A stretch of 64,000 nucleotides of DNA from Pristiophorus japonicus (Eukaryota): contig NC_091978.1 in NCBI RefSeq assembly GCF_044704955.1, positions 327,174,001 to 327,238,000 of the forward strand, written 5' to 3'. The notes below the pieces were generated by a model. That model ran no database searches. It had not been told where the DNA came from and was given only the letters and a program-made list of their open reading frames with translations. A program made the position numbers and the translations under genes. Below, one piece after another: positions 24,978-36,254 of this stretch (within the stretch, counting starts at the first letter, position 1; each line of letters opens with the position of its first letter).

Positions 24978-27012
24978 ATACAGTAGACACCTCAAGTCGT
25001 TGGAGAAATACCACCAATGATGCCACCGCAAGATCCTACAAATCAAAATCCCCTGGGAGGACAGACGCACCAACGTTAGTGTCATCAACCAGGCCAACAA
25101 CCCCAGCATTGAAGTACTGACCACACTTGATCAGCTCCGCTGTGCAGGCCACATTGTCCACATGCCAGACACGAGACTCCTAAAGCAAGGGCTCAATTCG
25201 GAACTCCTTCATGGCAAACGAGCCAAAGGTGGACAGAGGAAACGTACTGGAGGGTAGCTAATGTAACACCACTTTTTTAAAAAGGAGGGAGAGAGAAAAC
25301 GGGTAATTATAGACCAGTTAGCCTGACAGCAGTAGTGGGGAAAATGTTGGAATCAATTATTTAAGATGAAATAGCAGCGCATTTGGAAAGCAGTGACAGG
25401 ATTAGTCCAAGTCAGCATGGATTTATGAAGGGGAAATCATGCTTGACAAATCTTCTGGAATTTTTTGAGGATGTAACTAGTAGAGTGGACAAGGGAGAAC
25501 CAGTGGATGTGGTGTATTTGGACTTTCAAAAGGCTTTTGACAAGGTCCCACACAAGAGATTGGTGTGCAAAATTAAAGCACATAGTATTGGGGGTAATGT
25601 ACTGACATGGATAGAGAACTGGTTGGCAGACAGGAAGCATAGAGTTGGGATAAACTGGTCCTTTTCAGAATGGCAGGCAGTGACTAGTGGAGTGCCGCAG
25701 GGCTCAGTGCTGGGACCCCAGCTATTTAAAATATAATATGCCATATCTCCAAGTTTGTGGATGACACTAAGCTGGGTGGTGGTGTGAGCTGTGAGGAGGA
25801 CGCTAAGAGGCTACAGGATGACTTGGACAGTTTAGGCGAGTGGGCAAATGCATGCCAGCTGCAGCATAATGTGGATAAATGTGACGTTATCCACTTTGAT
25901 GGAAAAAACACGAAGGCAGAATATTATCTGAATGGCGGCAGATTAGGAAAAGGGGAGTTGCAACGAGACCTGGTACATCATGGTACATCAGTCATTGAAA
26001 GTTGGCATGCAGGTACAGCAGGCGGTGAAGAAGGCAAATGGCATGTTGGCCTTCATTGCTAGGGAATTTGAGTATAGGAGCAGGGAGGTCTTACTACAGT
26101 TGTACAGGGCCTTAATGAGGCCTCACCTGGAATATTGTGTTCAGTTTTGGTCTCCTAATCTGAGGAAGGACATTTTTGCTATTGAGGGAGTGCAGCAAAG
26201 GTTCACCAGACTGATTCCCAGGATTGCTGGACTGACATATGAGGAGAGACTGAATCGACTGGGCCTGTATTCACTGGAGTTTAGAAGGATGAGAAGGGAT
26301 CTCATGGAAACATATAAAATTCTGACGGGACTGGACAGGTTCGATGCAGGAAAAATGTTCCCGATGTTGGGGAAGTCCAGAACCAGGGAACACAGTCTAA
26401 GGATAAGGGGTAAGCCATTTAGGACTGAGATGAGGAGAAGCTTCTTCACTCAGAGAGTTGTTAACCTGTGGAATTCTCTACCGTAGAGAGTTGTTGACGC
26501 CAGTTCATTGGATATATTCAAAAGGGAGTTAGATATGGCCCCTGCGGCTAAAGGGATCAAGGGGTATGGAAAGAAAGCAGGAAAGGGGTACTGAGGTAAA
26601 TGCTCAGCCATGTTCTTATTGAATGGTGGTGCAGGCTCGAAGGGCCGAATGGTCTCCGCCTCCACCTATTTTCTGTGTTTCTGTGACACACTCAAAGCCT
26701 CCCTGATAAAGTGCAACATCCCCACCGACACCTGGGAGTCCCTGGCCAAAGACCGCCCTAAGTGGAGGAAGTGCATCCTGGAGGGCGCTGACCGCCTCGA
26801 GTCTCATCGCCGAGTACATGCAGAAAACAAGTGCAGGCAGCGGAAAGAACATGCGGCAAACCTGTCCCACCCTCCCTTACCCTCGAAGACTGTCTGTCCC
26901 ACATGTGGCAGGGACTGTGGCTGTGTATTGGACTGTACAACCACCTAAGGACTCATTCTAAGATTGGAAGCAAGTCTTCCTCAATTCCGAGGGACTGCCT
27001 ATGATGATGATG
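24978..27012 (+). mobile_element. 5'-truncated RTE LINE interrupted by a CR1
   Basis: RHLKSLEKYHQ..IPWEDRRTN..GKRAKGGQRKR, then DTLKASLIKCNIPTDTWESLAKDRPKWR..CPTCGRDC. (GAT)n tail. 9-bp TSD ACTCTACCT at 24969-24977 and 27013-27021. Confidence 0.9.
25246..26684 (+). mobile_element. 5'-truncated CR1 inside the RTE
   Basis: RT fragments 25383-26486 and a degenerate TTTCTGTG tail. Confidence 0.9.
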
Positions 27013-28204
27013 ACTCTACCTGGAGGTTTAGTGCACATGTGAGGTGTCAAGCCGGCTCCATAAAGTACATGGATGACATTTTATATATAAAATTAAGCAG
27101 AGTCTTTTTTCAATATTTTTAAAAAGCGGACTTTTCCCGCCTGTACTCACAATTAAGATTTAACAACTCGGAGCAGAGCCCAAGCGTGTTGCATCAATCC
27201 CATCAATTATAACTACAGCTTTAAAGTCTGGTCAGCATTTTCTACCCCAGGTGCAATAATACCGAATTTGCGGGATGCTGGTTTAGGTATTTCGTATTTT
27301 TATTTTTACATCATTACAGTGGAAACAGCGCAGCAATCTTTTATTTTTAAGTTAGTGAGCCATTACATAAATTGTTTAAATTATAACAGCAGCAAACTGT
27401 CTCTGCTTCTGTCCCACAGGGCTTTTGGTTATCAGAAAAATAAATTACTGCTTTGACTGCCAGTTCTCAATACAAAACTTTTCCTCCATCTGCCAGGACT
27501 GCCCCATTGCACCCTCTGAACAGCTGAAAATAATGACATTCCTCAGTAGCATTGGTACAAAAAACAACTGTGACTGCTTTTAGTATCAGATGACAAGTGT
27601 AAAAATGTTATTTATGGCAAATTGAAAAGCTTTTCAATAGCTTCACTGTGTGGATTTACTTGGGATGTATGTTTCCTAAATCAGATTTTCTTAGAATTAT
27701 TTTTATTAAAGTAGCCTTTCTTACATGTTTCGAAATTGTTTGAAATATTAAGAGGCTCAAATTTATGGGGTGCAGGAGGGCATAACTCAGGTGGGTTGGC
27801 CGCATGATGCCAGCAATCTGGGGCAGATCCCGATCGGCCAGGTTTCCGGCCCATTTGTGAGCTGTCCCAGGTTCTAAGAAAGGCAGGGAGTGTTACTTAC
27901 CTCCATCGCCAACTTTGGAGGACATGTCTGTGGGCTTGCCCAAGGAATTCCACCCACTAAGCAATCCAGCAGAACCCATGCTTGTAGGTCCCAAATTGGG
28001 CCTTCGGAAGGCCCCAAGATTCCTGATCAATTATCTTTAAAGTGCTGACTTATCTTTTCCCTTAAGAAAATTATTTCACCCTTCCTGGGCCTCCTAACAT
28101 CAGTTCATTGGAATAGGTGCATCCGTTTCAACTCTACCAGCAAAGACTACCCAACTTGACTATGACAATGATCCTGTCCTTACGATTTGTGATGGGGGCC
28201 AATG

Positions 28205-28385
28205 CCCCACTCCAGCAATGTGAGCACATAATCTAGGCTGTCACTTCAATGCATTACTGAGGGACTCCTGCACTATCAGAGGTGGCGTCTTTCAGATGAG
28301 AAGTTAAACTCAGAGACCATCTGCCATCTCAACTGGATGCAAAAGATCCCATGCCATATCTGAAAGAAGAGCTGGGAAGTTTAGG
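28205..28385 (+). mobile_element. Deu-core SINE fragment (SacSINE1/AmnSINE-like)
   Basis: GAGCACATAATCTAGGCTG..TACTGAGGGA..TTTCAGATGAG..AAAAGATCCCATG..AAGAAGAG; homologous to 54376-54840. Confidence 0.65.
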
Positions 28386-28388
28386 GAA

Positions 28389-28400
28389 AGTCGGCAGGAT
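28389..28400 (+). promoter_or_regulatory. Partial primer-binding site, tRNA-Ser(AGA/TGA type)
   Basis: AGTCGGCAGGAT equals the last 12 nt of TGGCGTAGTCGGCAGGAT, the complement of the vertebrate tRNA-Ser(AGA) 3' end. It lies upstream of gag. Confidence 0.65.
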
Positions 28401-28454
28401 ATCCCCAGGGGACGAGACACCGATCGTACCAGACCATCACTGAGTGGGTCGAAC

Positions 28455-29012
28455 AGGGAGCAGCATGCGGCGGCCCGCCCGGAACATCAGCAGGCCGGGG
28501 CCATTGGAGTGAGCAGCGTGCGGCGGCATACCACTGCAGGGAGCAGCGCGTGCTGCTGCAGGAGGGCGACGGCTGTGAAGCCAGGTCGCTGATTGCAGTG
28601 CGGGCTGGCACAGCAGGAAGGGCGAAGGAGCGGCAAGAGTTTATAGATGGAAGTGACCGGGGCCAAGAAGAGGCGTGAGTCTGGGGCCCAGAAGAGGTGA
28701 GAACCCAGGGCAACACGGGCCAGCCCACACTGCGATATGTGTGCACACTCGGTCGGTGCAGCACAGTTGGTCTCCAGTTCGTCTTGGGTAATCCTTGCCA
28801 CTGGACCAAGACCTAGCTCTGTCAAGCCCGTGTGGTGGCTGGTGTGCAACGGCCACCACATGTTAAAAAAATCCAAGCACTGGGATCTTCCATCCTCCAA
28901 GATGTAGTTCGGGATCTGGAATAATAGGTCCTTCATTGAAACACCTGTGAACTCATCCCTTTTTGGCGTGGAAGCAAGTCATCCTCGTTTCGAGGGACTG
29001 CCTCTGATGATG
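28455..29012 (+). mobile_element. RTE-tailed non-autonomous element (copy 2), inserted in the ERV leader
   Basis: Starts AGGGAGCAG like copy 1; ends GTGGAAGCAAGTCATCCTCGTTTCGAGGGACTGCCTCTGATGATGA. Confidence 0.75.
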
Positions 29013-29147
29013 ATTTTAAAATTACTACTCTCAAATCCGATGTGTTCCAGACATTAAGTGCAAGTCAAGCGGGATATCAGAGCAAATAAAGTAATTGTTA
29101 GCGATCGAAAACAAGTAAGTTTGGAGTAAGCATTTAGTTTGGGTAGA

Positions 29148-29850
29148 ATGTCTACTAATGCAAAGACTGACGAATGGAGTCTGGAGGGAATCGTTGGCAA
29201 GATTTTTTTACAGACAAGCGCATGAAACTAATTTTGAGGAATGAAGAAGAATGGGTGGGACCCATCAGATGAGCCCGCCAAACACAAGTTGTGGTGGGAG
29301 ACACAAACCAAATACAAAACTGACAAAGCCGGAGTTTTAATAACAAGGCAATGTCTGCGTTATCATGAAAAAACAAAACCAAAGTTAGTAGAATTGAGTC
29401 AATTGCGTAAGGAAAGAAAGTCTGTTCAGTCACTGGCATGACCCAGACCAGGAATTGAATGAGGTAATTGAAACAAAACAATCGTGCAGCCGCCCCGACA
29501 ATAAAAACAGACCTCCCTCCTATAGCGAAGTACGGGCAACTGCTCCCGAATTTGACGCATATGGAGAGGAGGTTGCAGTGGCACCAGTAGTAATTGTTGC
29601 CGGTCCATGCGGGAGAAACCTTGGAACAAGATATGAGCCTTTTACCTCCGGTGAAAAACAGACATTACTAAAGATTTGCCCACCTTAAGACCCCGACATG
29701 GCAATGCCGACTTTTGGAGACTCATCAGAGAGATGTATAACATCCAAACATGCATGAATGAGATGTTCACCAACTAGTATGAGCAAAGTGCCCCGAGATA
29801 AGGGTACAGGTTTTGGCCAGGGATTGGGCCAAGACCGGCCAGTGGGGGGT
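29148..29850 (+). pseudogene. gag: ERV gag, N-terminal part; remainder of capsid, nucleocapsid and protease deleted
   Basis: ATG at 29148 is in frame with 29241-29441 across stops. 29455-29688 contains PPSY and APVV..YEPFTSGEKQTLL. Lies directly upstream of RT. Confidence 0.6.
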
Positions 29851-29864
29851 AATGTGCCAGCCTG

Positions 29865-32346
29865 CCTGAGGCATGGGCTAGGATGAAACAGGACAGTGGT
29901 CTTGTGAGAATGGAACCCATTAAAGTCCTGGGGCCAGAACACAAAGTGCACCAACAATACCCGATATGCCCTGAGGCATGTGAAGCAGTAGCCCAGATAA
30001 TACAGGAGTTGGTGACAGAATGGATTTTGAAGGAGGTTGTAGCCAGTACCAATTCCCCTGTGTGGCCAGTAAAAAAACCAGATGGGTCACATCATCTCAC
30101 CATCGACTACACAGCACTGAATATGGTGACTCCCTGGGAACACCCTATAGTTGCTAGTCCCTCCACCATTTTTAATGGTCTTAAACCTGAGCACAAGGTC
30201 TTCACGGTCCTAGATATTGCCAATGGATTTTGGTCCATATCAATAGCCAAAGAATCACAGCCCAAATTTGCATTCAGCTTTGGAGAACGACAGTACACGT
30301 GGACAAGACTGCCACAGGGGTTCCACAATAGCCTGGCCATCTTCCACCAGACGATGATCCGAGCATTCGAAAATGTAAACCTGGCCCCATATAATTATGG
30401 TCCTACAGTACGTTGATGACTTACTCATCGCCTCTAAGAGTCCAAGGGAGCCTGGTAGTCATCTTGGAGGCCTTGATCGAGGCCGGATTTAAGGTGAGTC
30501 GCAAAAAAGCCCAAATAGGACTTGCCAAAGTACAGTACTTGGGGCACAAAATCTCACAAGGGTTCCGGGCCATGTCCAATGAGAGACGGGATGTCATTCG
30601 GGTGATGCCGCACCCAACTACTATAAAGGACATAAGGAAAGTCCCGGGCTTGTTTAACTATTGCAGAAATGTTATCCCGAATTTCGCGGCTCCAGCGGTG
30701 CCCATCCAAAAACTTGTAAAAGGCAGAAAGCCGTCCTTAGAGGCCATAGAATGGGGAACAGAGCAAGAGGAGGTGTACGTCAAGCTAAAAGAGGCTCTAA
30801 TGAGCGCGCCATGCTCGGTCTACCAAACATGGAATTGCCGTTCCACATTCACTGTGACAATGTCGGGAACTTTTACGGGGCGGGTCGTCACGCAGGATCA
30901 CAGCGACAGACACTGACCCGTAGCTTACTTTCCAACCCAGCAGTCATCAGTAGCCACCGGGCTGTCCAGATGCGTGGCAGTTCTGTAGTAAAAGCTAGTG
31001 AACTGCTAGTGATGACAGGAGCTATCATCCTGGTAGAAATGTTGAATACAGGGAAATTAAGGGCCATCTCAAACGTAAAACGGGCAAAATGGGAAGCTGT
31101 TCTATTGCCTAAAGACGAGTCTCTCAAAATAGTGCGAGGCACAAAATAGTGCAGAAGGACTTCTGGAGGAAGCGGAACCCCACAGTTTTAACGCGCTGGA
31201 ATGGGAGGACTCCCCAGGCAATATCAGTGAAACTCCACAGGAGGACCCCGATCTGACCCTATACGTGGACGGGTCTAGAAAGTGTGTAAGTGGATCACCC
31301 CATACTGGGTGGGCGGTTGTTAACGTCAATTTGGAAACTGTACTTAGCAGGGCTTTAGAAGGAGGACTGTCTGCCCAAGTGACCGAACTTACGGCCCTGA
31401 CAGAAGCTCTCAAACTAGCCGAAGGAAAAAGAGCAAATATATATATATAGACAGTCGCTATGCCTTCGGGGTAGTATATGATTATTTGACGGCTTGGGGA
31501 AGATGAGGGTTTGTCACCTCGCGCAGAGAGGCTATTATACATGAAGGAAGAATTAAACTACTGCTGCACGCCTCTACAAAACCCGCCCAAGCGGCGGTGG
31601 TGAAGGTGAAAGCTCACCAGAAAGTGATTGACGAAATAGAAAAAGAGAATGAGGCCACGGACATAGCTGCTCATGAAGCAGCTGAGTCCCTGGACCCAGT
31701 CCCAGAATCCGTTTGTGCGCTAGCAATTGGGGAGAAGGACGTGGACATTAAACAATTACACGCCAATACAGATGAGAAGGAAAAGGTAGAATGGGAGTGC
31801 CTGGGAGGAATCCTGGGTGCAGATGATGTATGCAGGCGTGATCAATGAGTCATAGCCCCCGAGTGTATTAGAAGAATGCTGATGGAACTACACTACGGCA
31901 TAGACCACCGGGAGCGCAATGCCATGATCACGAGCTTACAGAAAGAATGGAGGTGGCCAGCACTGGGATGCCAGGTGGCCAAGAACTGTCAGTTATATAT
32001 TACATGCATGCAGCACAACCCGGGAAGGGCAGTAAAGATAACGATGAGCCTCCAGCCCCGACCACGAGGTTCATGGGAAAACTTTCAGATTGACTTCACT
32101 GGGCCACTCATCACAGCACATAATGGTAAGAAATACTGCCTAGTTATAGTGGATCAGTTCACTAGGTGGGTGGAAGCATTCACCACTCGCGACTGCACCG
32201 CAACAACTGTTACCAAGATATTGGCCGAGAAAGTCTTTCCCCAGTGGGGAATACCGGTCCAGGTAGATACATGCGCATGCGTGGAGATACGTGGACAAGG
32301 ACGGTGGAGACACTGGTCACAGTTGAAGAAACTCACCAATCAATAA
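29865..32346 (+). pseudogene. pol: ERV pol: RT, tether, RNase H, integrase (integrase core partly deleted)
   Basis: RT: NSPVWPVKKPDG, TVLDIANGFWSI, YTWTRLPQGFHNS, LQYVDDLLI (about 30403). RNase H: LYVDGS..SAQVTELTALTEAL..NIYIDSRYAFGVV. Integrase: QIDFTGP..LVIVDQFTRWVEAF..WGIP. Confidence 0.92.
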
Positions 32347-32408
32347 GCAGACAACGTCAGGGCATCTGCTCTTTATGACCCACAGGTACCATGATAAGCT
32401 GCGCCAGG

Positions 32409-34346
32409 ATGCGGATAGCCCTAGTGGGAATCACGATCATGACGGTTTACTGCACCCCGCTAGCGAGGAACGGAGAGACTGTACTGCGTTCACAAAGAGC
32501 TGTGTAGGCCACCTGAAAGCAACAACAAGGCCTGTATTAGAAGGACTTGGGTGATGTCAGTTGTGATCAAGAGCAAGAGACATTGACTGTGACAATTGGC
32601 AAAACTGTGCATTTAAATTGTAGCTCCGGAATAACGGATGTCTCAGTTGTCTGGGAAACAACACTAGGGAAAGGATGGCTGGGGAGTAATACAGTGGGAA
32701 TAACTGTTATGTGGATGGATGTGCACATGGTATGCAATCAGAGAGTCGGGTGTGTGCCGGCGGACAGTGTGCAAGTACAGTGCGTGAAAAGTTACGTTCA
32801 ATGGAATGCTCTCAGTAATTGTGAACCTCACTGATCTGGGTCTGCCGGAAGAATGTAACGCCAAAGTAAGGGCACTATACAACCGCCTGCTAGATATATT
32901 ATTAAGAGAGGCAATGGACACAGATGGAGCATCACAGGCCAGGGTGAAATTAAACATTTATCGTAAGTAAAGGGGACTGGTAAATGCACGCTCTGAGAGT
33001 CTCCGGGAGACGATGCAGGGATTGTTACAACTCTACACACAATCTGCCCATGGGGTGGGGGGTGGTGGAGTGGGGGGGACAGTTGGGGAAGGTGACAACT
33101 GAACAGCTATTGAAGGGAATAACAGTCCAGAAGGGCATGCAGCTACTATCAATAAACTAATTGACAGGGAATACAAGGATAGAGTTGACGGGGTAAAACG
33201 AGATGTGTGCCATGCATACGGAGACTGGGTGGTGAGGCAGATCCGCCATAACCTGGAACAAGTCAATCAAGGAAAGGTCCCAAATTAGGTAAACAGCACA
33301 CACTAGCTTTCCCTCGCCCAGCATCCCGGAAACATAGACGCATGTACATTGAAGGGGATGACCCCTTCCTGGTAATCGTGTGTGGACTCCCATTTAACAT
33401 TGGTGGGCTGGTATTTGTGATCCCAGTGATGACCGGAACAGAAGGCCCATGAGATAAAAAACTTGGGGCTAATCCGAGGAAACAAATACCTCCGGTAACA
33501 CCCCATGGACCAGTATGCCAGTAGAATGAATGGGAGCATGCGAGGAGTCTCCCTCTCTGGTTGTCGCCGGGTAGGGAGTCTGACTATATTTCCACACCCA
33601 GTAGGAAGAGATAGCATGAACGGTTGTGGGTTCAACCGAACTGCAGGCTGTGTACTAGAATCTAGCCCAGCCTGGAGCGAGCCAACACACTCTGTATATA
33701 GGGGCAGAGGTGAGTACTGTGTGGTGACTAACCAACAGGCTTACAACTATGGGAACCTGATATGCCCCATCCCAAAACCTAACTTCTGCTTCACCTCACG
33801 GGTACCAGTTAGCATTGGCTGGGCCAGATTGATAGATGTCCACACAAGAAATGAGGTGACTCTAAGTGTAACTGATGATTTAAAGGCAGACCTGGAGTCA
33901 TAGGAGGAGGACATGGCAGCCCCAATCCCACATCTTGCGGAGGATCTAAGTGATATTAAAGATACCCTGTGGGAAAATGTGCGGCAATACCACCTTCTAG
34001 AACAAGAATTAAAAAAATTAGGAGTCAAGGTTAACCGGGACCTTCAAAAGGTCCCGTGGTATGTGTCAGCCTGGGATTGGGGAATGAATGTTAACATACA
34101 CCCTACTCTTGGATTCATATAATATCACACATATTTGAGATTGTACAGTTAATACTGGTGATAGGCTGGCTGACTACAACATGCAAGGCTTGTGCCACGT
34201 GAAAGAACCGGCTGCAAGCTAAAGCATTAGTGAATCTAACCCCAAGGCACTGGACCTCCCAAACTTTTCGGCTGATCACCAATGTGGGGACAGCAGACCC
34301 AAGACAGATAGTTAGCATAGCCAAGATCACCAAAAGGGGGGACTGA
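32409..34346 (+). pseudogene. env: ERV env resembling Mononegavirales fusion (F) glycoprotein
   Basis: In order: signal peptide MRIALVGITIMTVYC, Ig-like VTIGKTVHLNC..VVW, LPEECNAKVRALYNRLLDILL, heptad region, Cys-rich VSLSGCRRVGSLTIFP..GCGFN..GC..YCVVT, C-terminal heptad, PWYVSAWDW, TM IFEIVQLILVIGWL. Several stops and frameshifts. Confidence 0.8.
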
Positions 34347-34897
34347 AGTGGGGCAATAAGTCACACTGGACAAATCAGACATGGAATAGAGGGTTAAAGT
34401 GTGTTCGATAGAAGCAGCCTTTGCAAAACCTAAGCCAAGAAACAAAATGTACATCTGCACTGTCTTAAGGCCTCGTCAGATCCTTGATGTCTCTACAGAA
34501 GAGATAACTCAGGGATAGTTGTTTTCAAACCGACACGTCAGAAAAACTGGCACCCAGCAGAGCAAAGGTCAAAGCAGGGCAAGAGCATGGCTGCATAAAC
34601 AACCCACAAACACAGTGGGGGAAAGGTCCTAGGCATAGGCGGAATGGAAACCTTCTTCATCTTGAGTGACAAGGGGCTGTGTCCATTCAAATCAATGTAT
34701 GTCTCATGTATTGAATGTCCGGCCATTATAGGCCGAGTAAATGTATAAAAACCCGACGTGATCTTTGTTCGTAGAGAAACAGGTACGGAGAGTTCAGTGG
34801 GGACTGACTATGGCCTGTTTTCTCCCTTGCAAGTAAAATAAACTTATGTGTGTTTGATTCCTAATTCCTAGAGATTAATTATTTAATCTCCACTTCA
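34344..34897 (+). repeat. ERV 3' LTR (554 bp)
   Basis: TGAAGTGG...CCACTTCA termini, preceded by the PPT; TATAAAA near 34744 and AATAAA near 34837. Confidence 0.9.
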
Positions 34898-35161
34898 GGT
34901 CCGATCCCCAGAAGGGGTCCAATCCCTGTCCTCGGGGTGGGGAGTTGCGATCCCCGGGGGGGGGGGGGGGGGGGGATCTGATCCTCGACCCTGGGGGATG
35001 CGGGCTGATGGTGGCAGACCTTTGGGGGCCGGCAGGAAGCACTGCCGCTCCTCCCGGCCCACAAGGATTGTTCCCCGAGGTTGAGGCCGTCTCGTTGCAA
35101 CTGCCGGGAATCTCGAGCCCCGGGATCCCTGGCTGCCTGCAGTTAAACCTGCATAGCAGCA

Positions 35162-36183
35162 ACAACAACTTTTATTTATATAGCACCTTTAACGTAGTAA
35201 AACGTCCCAAGGCACGTCACAGCAGTGATATAAGACAAAAGAGGTAAATTTGATACTGAGCCACATAAGAAAAAATTACCACGGATAACCAAAAGCTTTG
35301 TTAAAGAGGTAGGTTTTAAGGAGTGTCTTATAGGAGGAAAAAGAGGTAGAAAGGTGGAGAGGTTTAGGGAGGGAGTTCCAGAGCTTAGGGCCCAAGCAGC
35401 TGAAGGCGCAGCCACTGATGGTTGAGCAGTTATAATCAGGGATGCTCAAGAGGGCAGAATTTGAATCGTGTGGGGTTGTGAGGCTGAAATAGCTTACATA
35501 GATAGGAAGGGGCGAGGCCATGGAGGGATTTGTAAACAAGGATGATAATTTTGAAATTTAGGCGTTATTTAACCAGGAGGCAATGTAGGTCAGCGAGCAC
35601 AGGGGTGATAGATGATCGTGACGTGGTGAGAGTTAGGACACCGGCTGCCGTTTTGGATGACCTCAAGTTTAGAATGTATAGAATGTGGGAGGCTAGCAGG
35701 AGTGCGTTGGAATAGTTAGTTCTAGAAGTAACAAAGGCATGGATGAGGGTTTCAGCGGCAGAAGAGCTGAGTCAGGGGCAGAGCCGGGCAATGTTGTGGC
35801 GGTGGAAATAGACGGTTTTAGTTATGCAGCGGATATGCGGCTGGAAACTCATTTCAGGGTCAAATATGACGCCTGGGTTGCGAACAGTCTAGTTTAGCCT
35901 CAGATAGATGCTAGGTAGAGGGATGGAGTCAATGGTTAGGGAACGCAGTTTGTGGCGGGGACCAAAGACAATGGCTTCGGTCTTCCCAATATTTAATTGG
36001 AAAAAATTTCTGTTCATCTAGTACTGGATGTCGGTCAAGCAGTCTGACAATTTAGAGACCATGGAGGGGTCAAGAGAAGTGGTGGAGAGGTGGAGCTGGG
36101 TGTCGTCAGCGTACATGTGGAAACTGACTCCGTGTTTTCGGATGATATCGCCAAGGGGCAACATATAGATGAGAAATAGGAGG
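35162..36183 (-). mobile_element. L2-clade LINE 3' fragment
   Basis: Minus strand FHMYADDTQL (about 36100), AFSCLGPKLWNSLP, FKTLLKTYLF-like motif and an L2-type 3' end. Confidence 0.8.
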
Positions 36184-36254
36184 TTAAAGTAGAGGCTTCA
36201 CGCCTCATTATCAATATTTAAATTGCCGGACCCTCCTCCTGGCTGTGGGTTAGC

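Larger units (their letters stand above)
28389..34897 (+). mobile_element. Decayed endogenous retrovirus, lokiretrovirus-like; 5' LTR lost
   Basis: PBS remnant, gag, pol with retroviral-type RNase H, env, PPT AAAAGGGGGGA (34332-34342) and a 3' LTR with an 8-bp terminal inverted repeat. ERV status is secure; the lineage is inferred. Confidence 0.88.

Noticed and set aside
29865-32346. Classifying this pol as another Gypsy
   Set aside because: It has a tether plus retroviral-type RNase H, LPQG/YVDD RT motifs, a downstream env and a long LTR, unlike the Gypsy elements here.
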